A DNA stretch of 64,000 nucleotides from a virus: the IMG/VR virus record IMGVR_UViG_3300008113_000071, positions 34,434-98,433 of that record. The stretch is one strand, 5' to 3'. The stretch's first letter is position 1. Every line of letters begins with the position of its first letter. The position numbers were made by a program, and so were the translations under genes. Below the pieces are notes generated by a model. That model made no database searches and was not told where the DNA came from. It was given only the letters and a program-made list of their open reading frames with translations. Below are positions 1 to 11,500 of the stretch, piece after piece.

Positions 1-2
1 GA

Positions 3-3000
3 GGATGGAGAGCTGAATGGATTGATCCATCAGGAGTAAGTCAAACTACTTATATAAATGGATGGCCTACTTATGAAAGTAGAATAATTAATGTTAAATT
101 TGGAACTGTTCCTGCTTGTATAGAATATTGTGATCGTTGTGGAATAGTAATAGAATTTTTATATAAAGTGACTGCTTCAACAGATTGTAAAGTAGAAGTT
201 CCACAACCACCAATCACATCTGATCCAGAAGGAAAATACAGACAGATATTTAACTCACCTGAAACATCATTTGGTCAACCATTCTTAGGAGATGTTCTTA
301 AGTTAGAAAGTGTAATTTTTGGTAAAGGATTGGGTCACTTTGTTCAAGTTAAAAGTAATGCTAAGTATAAACTATTAACAGAAGAGGCTCAACAAGATGC
401 ATTAAACTCATCTAGAGAATTAGGAGATTTAACACCTGATTTTAATGCAGGAGCAATGTTTGCTGCATATCAAGCTTATTTAACTATCTATACAAATGGT
501 ATCACAAGAAAGAATTATGCATACTCATTTAATTCTATTGCTGATTACAATTATACAAATGGTGTTCCAAATGATTTAGGAGTTAAACAAAGAGAACTTG
601 ACATTGCTCAATATTTAATTCCTGGAGTTCAATCTGTTGGAAATGATGATCTAAATATTAATAACTTCCAAAGAGAATCTTCAGTGTTCTTAAGAACTGT
701 TGGATCAGATGGTTCTATAGCTTCTCTACCTTTCCCAGATAGAAGTCCATATATGTTAGAAGGTAGTGCTAGTATTATTACAGATAATTCTAGATTTACC
801 ATCTCAGAAATTGGTAATTGTGCAACTCCTGCAAAAGAAGTACCAATTCAGGTGGTATCTTATTATGCATCTGTAAAAAATATATTTATTAATCAATGGG
901 GACAAATTTATTCTTATGATACAATTGATACTGGATTTCAGTATGTATTAGGAAGTAATGAAAGTTTAATAGCCACTGTATTTGGTGGTGATACTTTCAT
1001 CAGTAGATTTGCATTTAAAACTAAACTTCCTTTCTTCATTGATAATAGAGTTAATGCTCCTGATGATTCAGATGTATTCTATGATGAGATTGGTAATATT
1101 GCATATCCTAAATACTGGCATTCAGCTAGATCTATTTTACAAGATTATAGTTGTGATACAGGAGGAACATTACCAACTGTTCTCTCAAATATTATTTCAT
1201 ACAAAGCACACAACTTTGATTGTCCAAATAGTCAAGCATTAGCTCCTGGTGCAGCAGCTGATAGTAATCCTAATAGAACATTCTATGATGGATACTTTTA
1301 TTTGTTTGCATATGGAATCCCTAACTTCTATTGTGAAACATCTTATAACGTAGATCTTCGTCAAGCATTTAATAATAAAGAAGGTGACTTCTGGCCTCAT
1401 GTAAGTACAAGTATTCCTGATGATTGGGTTCAAGAAGATTATGTATCTATCAATTTTGATAATACCTATTATTACAATGTTACCTTCTCTAAACAAAATA
1501 AAGAAAATTTCTTTAGTCACTTACCTATAGATTATACTATAGATTTATGTGCTACTAATTTCCCATTTAGAGCAATCTATTCTGAAGCACAAACAGCTGA
1601 TGCTGATAACACTGTAAACAATTGGTTAATATATAGAGCTGTATCTAAATTTGATTTTCCTCAGAACTATGGTAAGCTTACATCTTTAGATGGTATTCAG
1701 AATAAAGCTACATTAGCTAGATTTGAGAATAAGTCTTTATTGTATGGTACATTATTAACAATTAATACAAGTAATCCACAAGCTGCATATCTTGGAAATC
1801 CATCATTATTTGAGTCTGCTCCTCCTGTTGATTTTGCAGAAACTGATCTTGGTTTTGTTGGTTCTCAAAATAAAATGTTATTAAAGATTCCTCAAGGGCA
1901 AATAAGTATTGATGCTAAAAGAGGTCAAGTTTTCTTAATTCAAGGAACCCAAGTTAAAGATATTTCTCAGTTTGGTTCTGGTATGAACAGGTTCTTTACA
2001 GAACATTTAGCATTTGAGATTCTTAAATACTTCCCAGAAGTAGATACAGATAACCATTTTACTGGTATTGGATTACATGGAACATTTGATAGTAAGTATG
2101 ATAGAGTGTTGATCACTAAACTTGACTATGTTCCTAAAACAAAAGATGTTAAATATGATCCTGTAACTAAAGAGTTTTATATTGAACACATCTATCCAGG
2201 AAACTGTGGTGGTAATACAACAACTACAACTTCTAGTTCTACTAGTACAAGTAGTTCTACAAGTACCACTACAAGTACTACAACATCAGGTGGTGGTCCA
2301 ACTACAACTACCACAACCACTACAGTTACTTGTAATGAATACGAACTTCCTGGTGGTGAAACAGGATATACATACAATTTTACTAATTGTTTAGGAAATC
2401 CTCAAACTGTTGTAGTTCCTGCTGGAGATCAATATGGAGAATGTGCTTTAGGTTTCCCTGGTGGCCCAGCAATATTAGTTGGTCCTTGTACACCAACTAC
2501 AACAACCACTACAACATCTATTCCTGACATAAGTTGTTTCACATTAACTTACTTAAGTCCTTATGGTGCACCTACAACTTGCTTAGGTGAAGAGTTAGAG
2601 ATATTTGGTGGATATTATAGAATTGCATATACTGGTGGACCTTATGTTACTGCAGATGTAACTATAACATATGATATAACTAATGTTGATGGTTGTGATA
2701 GTTCAACAACTTATACAACTGGATCTCAAACAATCACTGCATTTACATCATATGTAGACTTTTTATTTATAGAGTCAACTCCTCAAGATTGTCCTCCTGA
2801 CACTCCTTGTAGAACTTACGTTTCATCAATAGGAGCAATTGTTGGTTCAAGTATACCTTGTTCTGAATTTACAACAACCACTACTACTACCACTCTTGTT
2901 TCTCCACCAATGATGTTTAATAGTATTTCAGAAGGGGCTCCTAGATTGTTAACAGTTCAAACAACTACAACTTGTCCTCCAATTATTATTAGAGAAGTTG

Positions 3001-5087
3001 TTTATCTTACTGATTTAAATTACTTCTGTAATAAATCTTGGAGTTTATCTTACAACTTAAATACAAACAGCTGGATTAGTTTCCACAGTTACATTCCTAA
3101 TTTCTATGTAGCTGAAAACAATTTCTTCTATTCAGGATTAAATGATTGCTGTTCTGTAATTGATGCTATTGTTGCTGAGGTGTTACCTGAACCAACTACT
3201 ACTAGTACAACAACTTCTAGTACAACAACCACATCTAGTACATCTACAACATCTACAACCACTACAAGATTTGCTGGTTGTGATTTAGCAGGTGAAGCAG
3301 AAACTCTTGATTGTACTTTACAAGGTGTTGCTATTGATATTACACCAACAACTACTACAACAACAACAGTTCGTCCTGAGATTGCTGCAGTACTTCTATT
3401 TGTAGATGAAGAATTACTTTGTAGTGCAGATAATACAACAACTCCTACAGCAATTATCTACTTGCCAGTTACATCTCCTTGGTTTGTATTAAATGGATCT
3501 AGTGAGTTAGTACTTGATAACACATGTCCAATTTCTTCATTCCTAAGTGAATATGTAATTACACCTGCATCATTTGCTAGTTACACTGTAAGTTCTCAAT
3601 CTGTTTCTACTGATCCTCCATTATATATTGAGAATATAAATTTTGTTGTAAATGAAGCAAGTTTATTAGATTCAGCAAGTGAAAACATTATAGTAACAGT
3701 AGTTAGTGGTCTTGCATCAGCTATAGGTTGTCCATGTCCTACAACTACAACAACAACTAGTAGCACCAGTAGTAGTACCACTACAACAACCACTACAGCA
3801 ATTCCAAGCATGTCTTGGGTGATGGGAAATGGTGGAACTGGAAGTGGTAGCAGTGGAGCTGCTTGTGGAACATCTATTGGTGGCCCATTATTATATTCAG
3901 GAATCCCTTACACAGGAACTGGTAGCATATTCTATACAGATGCTTCATTAACCACTCCATTTAATGGAGGTAGTTTATGGTATAAACTTTATAATACTGC
4001 TGGTGGATATGAAGTGATTGTACAAATTAATTCTTCTGGTGTAGTGATAGATAGTACTGGTTGTACAACAACTACTACTACCACAGGTGCACCAACAACC
4101 ACCACAACTACCACTCTACAAATAGTAGATTTATGTTGCTCAATTGATGGATCTCCAGAATCAGCATGCTTTACACAAGCAGCATTTTCAGGAGAAACAT
4201 GTGCTGATTTTGGTTACTTTGATTGCACCACTCCAGGTGGATGTGATCCAACCACCACTACCACCACTACAACTGCAACTCCTACAACAACCACTACAAC
4301 TAGCAGCACAAGCACAACTACCACTACAACTACAACATTAGCACCAATAGAGTTATGTTGTTCAATTGATCCATCTCCAGAGACACCATGTTTTACACAA
4401 GGTGCAACAGTAGGACAAAGTTGTTCTGATTTTGGGTATTTTGATTGTACTAATCCAAGTGGTTGTACACCACCATTTACAACAACAACTACTACCACTA
4501 CTATTGGTTTTGATTATTATCTAGCAGATAGATATACATGTGATGGTTGTACAGTTAATAGTGCATCAACTGGAGTTTGTTTTCCAACAGGTACTAGTGT
4601 AACTATTGGTAAGTTTTATGATTCTTCATCTTATTATGGATTGTATACTTATCAAATTACTGCATTAAATCCAGGTGGTACAGGTATGGATGTCATATTA
4701 GAACCACTTGAATATAATACATGTTTATTAGGTTGTGTAATAGATCCACCACCAACAACAACAACTACCACAACTGTAGCTCCTACAACAACAACTACAA
4801 CTACAGCAGGACCTACAACCACAACAACTACAACTGTTGCACCTACAACCACAACAACAACTACAACATGTCTTCCTGCAGGAACATTTATAAATCAATT
4901 CTGTGTAGATTGTGCATTATATTATACTTTAGCAAATGGAACTTGTGGTACATATGATGAACTTCAATCAATTGATTCATCTGAATGTGGACCAGGTTGT
5001 GGACCAACTCCAGGAGTATGTTGTGATTGTGGATATGGATGTGAGTGTGGGTATATAACATGTGATTTTGGATGTTTCCCTTGCTAA
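3..5087 (+). CDS. Tail stabilisation/muzzle-like protein, N-terminal part, with inserted poly-Thr and Cys-rich modules (5'-truncated by the window edge)
   Basis: The frame is open from position 3 (GGA TGG AGA GCT...), so GTG at 168 is not the true start. Motifs FGGDTFISRF, YGKLTSLDGI, DAKRGQVF, FDSKYDRVLITK and SWISFHSYIPNFY resemble crAss-like/P22 gp10-like stabilisation proteins. At least 10 poly-Thr tracts are present. Confidence 0.7.
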   Translation, partial: GWRAEWIDPSGVSQTTYINGWPTYESRIINVKFGTVPACIEYCDRCGIVIEFLYKVTASTDCKVEVPQPPITSDPEGKYRQIFNSPETSFGQPFLGDVLKLESVIFGKGLGHFVQVKSNAKYKLLTEEAQQDALNSSRELGDLTPDFNAGAMFAAYQAYLTIYTNGITRKNYAYSFNSIADYNYTNGVPNDLGVKQRELDIAQYLIPGVQSVGNDDLNINNFQRESSVFLRTVGSDGSIASLPFPDRSPYMLEGSASIITDNSRFTISEIGNCATPAKEVPIQVVSYYASVKNIFINQWGQIYSYDTIDTGFQYVLGSNESLIATVFGGDTFISRFAFKTKLPFFIDNRVNAPDDSDVFYDEIGNIAYPKYWHSARSILQDYSCDTGGTLPTVLSNIISYKAHNFDCPNSQALAPGAAADSNPNRTFYDGYFYLFAYGIPNFYCETSYNVDLRQAFNNKEGDFWPHVSTSIPDDWVQEDYVSINFDNTYYYNVTFSKQNKENFFSHLPIDYTIDLCATNFPFRAIYSEAQTADADNTVNNWLIYRAVSKFDFPQNYGKLTSLDGIQNKATLARFENKSLLYGTLLTINTSNPQAAYLGNPSLFESAPPVDFAETDLGFVGSQNKMLLKIPQGQISIDAKRGQVFLIQGTQVKDISQFGSGMNRFFTEHLAFEILKYFPEVDTDNHFTGIGLHGTFDSKYDRVLITKLDYVPKTKDVKYDPVTKEFYIEHIYPGNCGGNTTTTTSSSTSTSSSTSTTTSTTTSGGGPTTTTTTTTVTCNEYELPGGETGYTYNFTNCLGNPQTVVVPAGDQYGECALGFPGGPAILVGPCTPTTTTTTTSIPDISCFTLTYLSPYGAPTTCLGEELEIFGGYYRIAYTGGPYVTADVTITYDITNVDGCDSSTTYTTGSQTITAFTSYVDFLFIESTPQDCPPDTPCRTYVSSIGAIVGSSIPCSEFTTTTTTTTLVSPPMMFNSISEGAPRLLTVQTTTTCPPIIIREVVYLTDLNYFCNKSWSLSYNLNTNSWISFHSYIPNFYVAENNFFYSGLNDCCSVIDAIVAEVLPEPTTTSTTTSSTTTTSSTSTTSTTTTRFAGCDLAGEAETLDCTLQGVAIDITPTTTTTTTVRPEIAAVLLFVDEELLCSADNTTTPTAIIYLPVTSPWFVLNGSSELVLDNTCPISSFLSEYVITPASFASYTVSSQSVSTDPPLYIENINFVVNEASLLDSASENIIVTVVSGLASAIGCPCPTTTTTTSSTSSSTTTTTTTAIPSMSWVMGNGGTGSGSSGAACGTSIGGPLLYSGIPYTGTGSIFYTDASLTTPFNGGSLWYKLYNTAGGYEVIVQINSSGVVIDSTGCTTTTTTTGAPTTTTTTTLQIVDLCCSIDGSPESACFTQAAFSGETCADFGYFDCTTPGGCDPTTTTTTTTATPTTTTTTSSTSTTTTTTTTLAPIELCCSIDPSPETPCFTQGATVGQSCSDFGYFDCTNPSGCTPPFTTTTTTTTIGFDYYLADRYTCDGCTVNSASTGVCFPTGTSVTIGKFYDSSSYYGLYTYQITALNPGGTGMDVILEPLEYNTCLLGCVIDPPPTTTTTTTVAPTTTTTTTAGPTTTTTTTVAPTTTTTTTTCLPAGTFINQFCVDCALYYTLANGTCGTYDELQSIDSSECGPGCGPTPGVCCDCGYGCECGYITCDFGCFPC

Positions 5088-5109
5088 CTTTTGATTAAAA
5101 TAATAAATT

Positions 5110-5337
5110 ATGATAAAATATTTAAAAAACGAAAATGCAGTAATTAAGGTTGATGATGAAAACCAATCTTTAACTCTAGTAACTATTAGAGAAGGGTCTT
5201 TCATGTTAAGACATGATTACGATAACTCACCATTGTTTAATGATATAACAGTCACTAAATATAATGAAGGTAAATTTGTAGATGCTACAGAGGAAGAATT
5301 TATTGCATTTAAAACCCAGTGTTTAAATCATATATAA
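5110..5337 (+). CDS. Hypothetical protein (75 aa)
   Basis: ATG with A-rich leader; fits tightly between neighbouring genes. Confidence 0.7.
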   Translation: MIKYLKNENAVIKVDDENQSLTLVTIREGSFMLRHDYDNSPLFNDITVTKYNEGKFVDATEEEFIAFKTQCLNHI

Positions 5338-5339
5338 TA

Positions 5340-6206
5340 ATGTCAAAAACAATAGTCATAAAGTTAACAGAGTCTTCATTAAGAAGTGGACCATTTAATA
5401 TTACTGATCAATTTGGTAATGTTATAGCTATTGGTGTGTCTAGAAATGAACTCATTGCTGGTATTGCATACAGTGTTGCTGATGATGTTACATTAATTAC
5501 TATAGAATCTTTTGGTAAATGTAAAAATAAACGTACATTTGCAATAGGAACTATTATTCCAAGTGAGTTAGCTGCTGCTACATACACTCCATCAAACAAT
5601 GCATGTTTATGGACACACTTGAAAAATCCTGTATTATATAATACATTCTATGGAAACATTGAACCTTATATAATTGAATATCCTTTTTCATATCAGTTTA
5701 ATGATGAAATCTTACAGAACGTAAAAGATTATACAAAAGCATACAAGTATCTTCCTGATACTGATTTTGTATCTGATGAGTGTGATAAGATTGAAACAAA
5801 CGATAGATGGTTCAATAAAGCTGTGTTATACAATGGTCAACAATCAACTGGTATATTAGAACTAGTTCCTAAACCATTGCACAACTTAAATGCTTATTTA
5901 AAATATCCAATATATAACGCTGAGAGCAAAACTATTACATTTACTAAGAGCGATAACTTCTACCAGTACAATACATTCTGGTCAGTAATTAAAGATAGAC
6001 AAGAACCATTATTCCTAAGAAGCTGTGAATCATTATCAATCGATAAGATTGTAAATCAAGCTAATATGAACTATGGAACAATGTCCTTTAGAAAGGATCC
6101 TCTTAGAGCAAAAGATTTAAAGGTGAGACACATTCTTGACAATAGATCTGATGCACATTTAGTTAGTCAATTCATTACAACTCCTGCACAAATTTCTTAC
6201 AAATAA
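5340..6206 (+). CDS. Tail stabilisation protein C-terminal part with a small N-terminal beta domain
   Basis: Start reassigned to ATG 5340, just after the upstream TAA. LWTH...YNTFYG...PYIIEY...KAVLYNGQQSTG...LRAKDLKVR resembles the C-terminal end of crAss-like stabilisation proteins. Confidence 0.6.
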   Translation: MSKTIVIKLTESSLRSGPFNITDQFGNVIAIGVSRNELIAGIAYSVADDVTLITIESFGKCKNKRTFAIGTIIPSELAAATYTPSNNACLWTHLKNPVLYNTFYGNIEPYIIEYPFSYQFNDEILQNVKDYTKAYKYLPDTDFVSDECDKIETNDRWFNKAVLYNGQQSTGILELVPKPLHNLNAYLKYPIYNAESKTITFTKSDNFYQYNTFWSVIKDRQEPLFLRSCESLSIDKIVNQANMNYGTMSFRKDPLRAKDLKVRHILDNRSDAHLVSQFITTPAQISYK

Positions 6207-8494
6207 TGGCTAGTTGGTTAGATAAATATAACGATGATGTTCCTAATGCTCAGAATGGTATTGAGGGCACTATGGGTGGTTTAACAGACCAAGGCTTTAA
6301 CTATAATGGTGCATGGGGTGGAACAATGGCTATGGGTGGTTCTCTTCCTGGTGCTGTAGGATTCACATATGCACGTACACAATCTCCTGCTCCTTCTAAT
6401 GGTAAGTATGCTAAGAAAACAAAAGCTTCTGCACAGAATGGACAAGAGATGAAGTTCTATCAAGAAGGACTTGATTGGAAACCAAAGAATATTAGTAGAG
6501 ATGGTGGGTGGTTAAGTAAATATGAAGAGGGTGGAATCATTGAAGATCCTATGGGACAATGGGCTCATCCAGGAGAGATAACTCGCATTCCTTCAAACGA
6601 AATAACTATGCAGGGTGTAGACTATCCTGTACTAGGTATATCTGACACAGGAGACACTAAAATGATGCAGCCTGGTAAAGACTACAAGTTTAAAGGAAAG
6701 TCTGTTACAGAGATCCCTATGGCTCAGAGAGGAAAAGTTGTTCCATTAAGAGATTTATTAAAACAAGAGGATGAGAAGTTAAAAGGTAAAGCTGATAACA
6801 CTAAACTTGTTCAACCAGTTAGACAACAGCCTAAAGTTTTAATTGATCCTCTCACTGGTAAACCACCAACTGCCAATAGAGAAAATGTTGTAAGAGCTGC
6901 AGCTAATCCTAGAAATCAAGGAACTATCCAAACTCCTTATAAGAGAAGTTTTAGAGAACAAGCAATTGCAGATCTTAATATAATGGATAGACGTGGTGAT
7001 AATGCTGTAGCTAGTATTGTAACTGCTCCAATTAAAGCTGGTTTAAATTTATTAAGACCAGATAAATATTTTGAAGATGTAAATAGTACCTCAAGTCTTG
7101 GAGATGCATTTACATCTTTAGCACTTGATGCATTAACAGCTATTCCTGCTGTTGAAATGGCATCAGAAGCATCTAGATATTTGGGAGTTCCAAGAAGACT
7201 TGGTGTATTAGCTAGTGATGCTAAAGAACTAGGTTCAAACTTTCTTGGAATAAATCCTGCATCTATCCCTTTAGCAGAACAAGAGCTTATTAATACATTT
7301 AGAAATGTTGGACATATTGCTAAGAAAACAGGAGCATCTGCTAAGGCTGAACAATTTGAAGCTTTATTAAAACAAGGAGAATCTTTAAGTGATGAAATGT
7401 TCTTTAACTTAACAGGTTACAATAGATCTGATGTTATTAATAAAATTGGTACATTAAAACAAACTGAATCTTCAGGATTAAAAAACTTCCTTGCTGATCC
7501 AAATGATAGATATGCAGCTCAGTTAGATAGAGATGCTGCAAGATTAAATAGAGCTAATGCTATTGAACGAGCTTCTACAGGAGGACCAAGTGCTGCAGAA
7601 ATGAGATCAGCATTTCAGCAAAATTATAATCCTAGTTCACAAGAACAAATAGTAGCTAGTCTTACTGATGATCTTGTAAATGGAAGAATAACACAAACAC
7701 AGTTTCAAAACAATCTTGAAGCACAAGGTATAGACATGGTAGCGTACTTACGAGGAGCTTCAGTTGATGATGCAACTAATTATGCACAACAAGCAAGAGG
7801 TTCTCAACTTGGTAATATTCCAAGAAGTGAAAATATGCAATTTTTAGATGATCTTAGTGCACAGGTTAGTAATGGAACAATTACTGAAGCAGAATACATG
7901 GATCTTATGGAAGAACATATACGTAATAGACCTCCTTCACCTTCATATTTTGATAGAGATCCAGTAAAAAATAGTAGTTTATCTATGTATGAAAATGCAA
8001 CACGATCACCTATAGGAAGATTAAATGATAAATTCTTTGGAAATAAATATATTCCAAAAACAGAATTAGCAGACAATACAGATGATTTGTTTATTGGATT
8101 ATATACAAATCAATATAATAATCCAGGACTTGAAATGAGAAGTGCATATAACAAAGTAGCTGCTTCCCCAAAAGGATCTTCTTTCTTACCTGCTAAATCT
8201 TTATCAAGTGATAGCTATCCTATGTCATTAAGATTAACTAATAGGGGACTTAAGTCAGGTATTGTTGATGTAAACTATCATGGATTGTTTCCATTAAATT
8301 CATCTGGATTTACTCAGGCTGCAGGAATGCCAATGGATATAAATTTAAAAGAGATCAACACTTTAATTAAAGGTCTAAATACACAATTACCAAAATCTCT
8401 ACCTTATGCAAAAATAGAAGGTGGACAATTAATGTATCCTAATTTTTCTGTAACAAGAAAGAAAAATGGTGGATGGTTAAATAAATACGAATAA
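6206..8494 (+). CDS. Putative internal virion/cargo protein with repeated WLxKY and xGG motifs
   Basis: TAATG overlap with the upstream gene; WLDKY, WLSKY and WLNKY at the N-terminus, internally and at the C-terminus; GQWAHPGEITRIPSNEITMQGV...MMQPGKDYKF block; lies between tail and cargo genes. Confidence 0.55.
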   Translation: MASWLDKYNDDVPNAQNGIEGTMGGLTDQGFNYNGAWGGTMAMGGSLPGAVGFTYARTQSPAPSNGKYAKKTKASAQNGQEMKFYQEGLDWKPKNISRDGGWLSKYEEGGIIEDPMGQWAHPGEITRIPSNEITMQGVDYPVLGISDTGDTKMMQPGKDYKFKGKSVTEIPMAQRGKVVPLRDLLKQEDEKLKGKADNTKLVQPVRQQPKVLIDPLTGKPPTANRENVVRAAANPRNQGTIQTPYKRSFREQAIADLNIMDRRGDNAVASIVTAPIKAGLNLLRPDKYFEDVNSTSSLGDAFTSLALDALTAIPAVEMASEASRYLGVPRRLGVLASDAKELGSNFLGINPASIPLAEQELINTFRNVGHIAKKTGASAKAEQFEALLKQGESLSDEMFFNLTGYNRSDVINKIGTLKQTESSGLKNFLADPNDRYAAQLDRDAARLNRANAIERASTGGPSAAEMRSAFQQNYNPSSQEQIVASLTDDLVNGRITQTQFQNNLEAQGIDMVAYLRGASVDDATNYAQQARGSQLGNIPRSENMQFLDDLSAQVSNGTITEAEYMDLMEEHIRNRPPSPSYFDRDPVKNSSLSMYENATRSPIGRLNDKFFGNKYIPKTELADNTDDLFIGLYTNQYNNPGLEMRSAYNKVAASPKGSSFLPAKSLSSDSYPMSLRLTNRGLKSGIVDVNYHGLFPLNSSGFTQAAGMPMDINLKEINTLIKGLNTQLPKSLPYAKIEGGQLMYPNFSVTRKKNGGWLNKYE

Positions 8495-8513
8495 AAATTA
8501 TTACCTTAGATAT

Positions 8514-11500
8514 ATGAAATCACAATTCTTAAAAATTGCAGGTGTTAAGTCAGAGAAAGCTTTTTACAAAAAGTATCCTACTGAAGCAGCGTTCTTTAAA
8601 GCACATCCAGAAGCTAAGAAAATGGCTAATGGTGGTGAACAAGACAAGGGTCAGATTAAAAAGCTCCAACAGCTAACTGACTTTGGTAATCCTCCTATGG
8701 CTCAGTTTGGTCTTAATCTTCCTGATCCATTTAGTTTTGGTCAGACTAATCCAAGTTTAAATACTAAAGGATTAACTGGACTAGGTGCACAACAGCCAAC
8801 AGGGTTTGGACAATATGTAGCTGGCATGGGTCAAAGCAACAAAGCACTTAAAAGAAATTATAGCCAAATGTTTGGTAATTTCCAAACAGGTCAAAACATA
8901 TCATCAGGTATACCAAGCACTCTTGGTGCTACAGGTGCTACTAAGGGAGCAGGTTTTATGGCTGGATTAAATAAGTTTGCTGATAAAGCTGCTCCATATG
9001 TTGATTCTGCAATGGATGTTGTTGAAGGTATTGGTATGATTAAGCAACAAAAAGAAGCTAAGCGTCAAGCTAAACAACAAGCTCAACTTACTGGACTATT
9101 CTCTCAAGCAGCAAATACAAGACCTGAACAGATTGAAAGAAAGTATGTTCGTCCTGAAGATATGATGATTCAGCCAGAACAACTATTCCCTTCTTATGGT
9201 GTAGGTACAAATGTTCTTGCACAAGATGGTGCTATGATTGGTGGTAATCCAACTGAGATTATGAACACCTTTGCTCCTGATACTATTTACACTGATTCAG
9301 GATATGAACCATTAAATGATACAAGTAGATTAAAAGCTTACTATCATGGTGGTAAAATGAGAAAAGCTCAAGGTGGTTTATCAGCTGCATTAAACTCAGG
9401 TGGCTTTGGTGAGTTCATGACTGAAAAAGGTGGAGAAGATATATTGGGAAGCTTAACTAGTCTTACACAGGGTAGAGGTGGTCCAAGTGCTGGTAATAAA
9501 ATTGGTAGTGGTGTATTAGGTGGAATTGGTACAGCATTTGGTGGACCAGTTGGTGGTATGATTGGTAAAGCTCTTGGTTCAGTTGTAGGTGGATTATTTG
9601 ATAACACTGGACAACAGATTCGTAGATACAATGAACAATCAGATAGAAACATCTCCAATGTTATTGCACAACAAACTGGTATGGGCATTCAAAATAAATA
9701 CAGTAGCTATTTAGAAGATGGTGGTGCTATTGATGATGAACATGCATGGGTTAGCCATTCTTGGCAACCACAAGTGATTGCTACATTTGGTGAGCATAAA
9801 CTAGAAGATTTATTACAACCTCCCAATGATGCAGACATGTTAAGAGCTGGTGGTCATTTAAGAAGTTACACTCCTCCTAGTGCACAAGCTATGTATACAG
9901 GAAGAGAGCAATTTGCTATGGGTGGTGATTTAAAAGTTCATCGTGGTGAAGCTGAGACTATGTCATATAATCCTTATTTACCAGAAGGTGGAGAAACTAT
10001 TATGTTCAGAGGACCTTCTCATGAAGATGGTGGTATGCCTATTGAATATGGATCTAGTCCTGTAGAAGTTGAAGGTGGTGAACCTGCTGTTAAACTTCAA
10101 GATGGAACATCTGGAGATAGTAGTTTAGTTGTATATGGTAACTTGGTTAATCCTAAAACTGGTAAGAAGTTTAAGAAAGATGCTGAGGAAATATCTAAGA
10201 ACGAAGCTAAACAAAACAAAAAGATTGATAAAGCATCTACAGGATTAGATAATCTAAATGTAAATTCATCATTTGATAAACTAGGACTAGATACTTATAA
10301 TGCAATCATCACTGGTGCTAATATGAAATTAAAACAATATGCTGAAGACAAAATGGATTTAGCTGCATTACAAAGTGCAATTAATGACACAGCTGAAGAG
10401 TATGGATTAATTGCTGATGATCTAGCTAAAGGTAAAGTTAAACCTGATACATCAAAAGATGCTACAGCTAAATATGGTACTAGTTTACCAAAAGCTCAAG
10501 ATGGTATTATAGCTAAAAAGTTTGCTGCTGCAAAAGCTGAAGCTGAAGCTGCATTAAAAGCCTTATATCCAGGTAAAAAGGTAGAAATTAAATATGGTAG
10601 TGAAGATAGACCTATTGCTGGTGGTGGTAACAAACCATCACAGAGAGGATTAAAAGGATCTGGTGCATCTAAGACAGATGTATCTATTCACAATATTGGT
10701 GGTGCAAAAGATTTCTTAATCTATGTTGATGGTAAAGTAGTTAATGATGCAAATGTTTACAAACAAACATTACATCCTGCTGCACAAAAACAAGGATTAT
10801 TTACTATTGGTGATTGGGATCCAGGACACGTTACTATAGTTAAAGAAGGTGTTGGTAATCCTTTTGCAACTGCACTTCAACAATATCCAGAATTAAAAAA
10901 CTCTAAAGTATATAAAGATACTGTTACTTTCTTAGAGAAACAAGTTAATAGTAAACAAGCTAGTCCTAGTGAGTTAAGAGCATATTCTCAATTAACTGGT
11001 AAATCTGTAAAAGGAACTCCTGCATACACTCCTGATTATGCAGCAATTGCTAAACAGGAAAATGCTCCTACACAAGAGTGGCAAGATATTCCACCATTCT
11101 ATGTACCTCCTGCACCAAACATTCCTCCAACTACAGATACAACAACAACATTGCCTATTGGTGCAACTCCTCCTAAATTAACTCCACCTTGGAGTGGATT
11201 GATTAACTCTATTATTCCTCGATTAAGACCTAGTGATGCAGAGGCTTTTGATACAGCACAGATAACTCCTGAACTGTATGCAATGATTAGTAATAATTTA
11301 GAACCTGTACAAGCTCAGAAGTATATTCCTCAATTGTTAAATCCTTATGATATATCTCTTCAGGATCAATTGAATGCTAACCAAGCAGACTTTAATGCTA
11401 TGGCAAGAATGACAGGAGGAGATGCTTCTGCATTAGCTCCTTTAGCTGCTCAGAAGTATGCTGCTAACTCTAGAGTGTTAGGAGAACAAATGAGAATCAA

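Noticed and set aside
2192-4852. Poly-Val ORFs on the - strand (2192, 3596, 4214, 4652; also 32054)
   Set aside because: Antisense shadows of poly-Thr (ACN) codons
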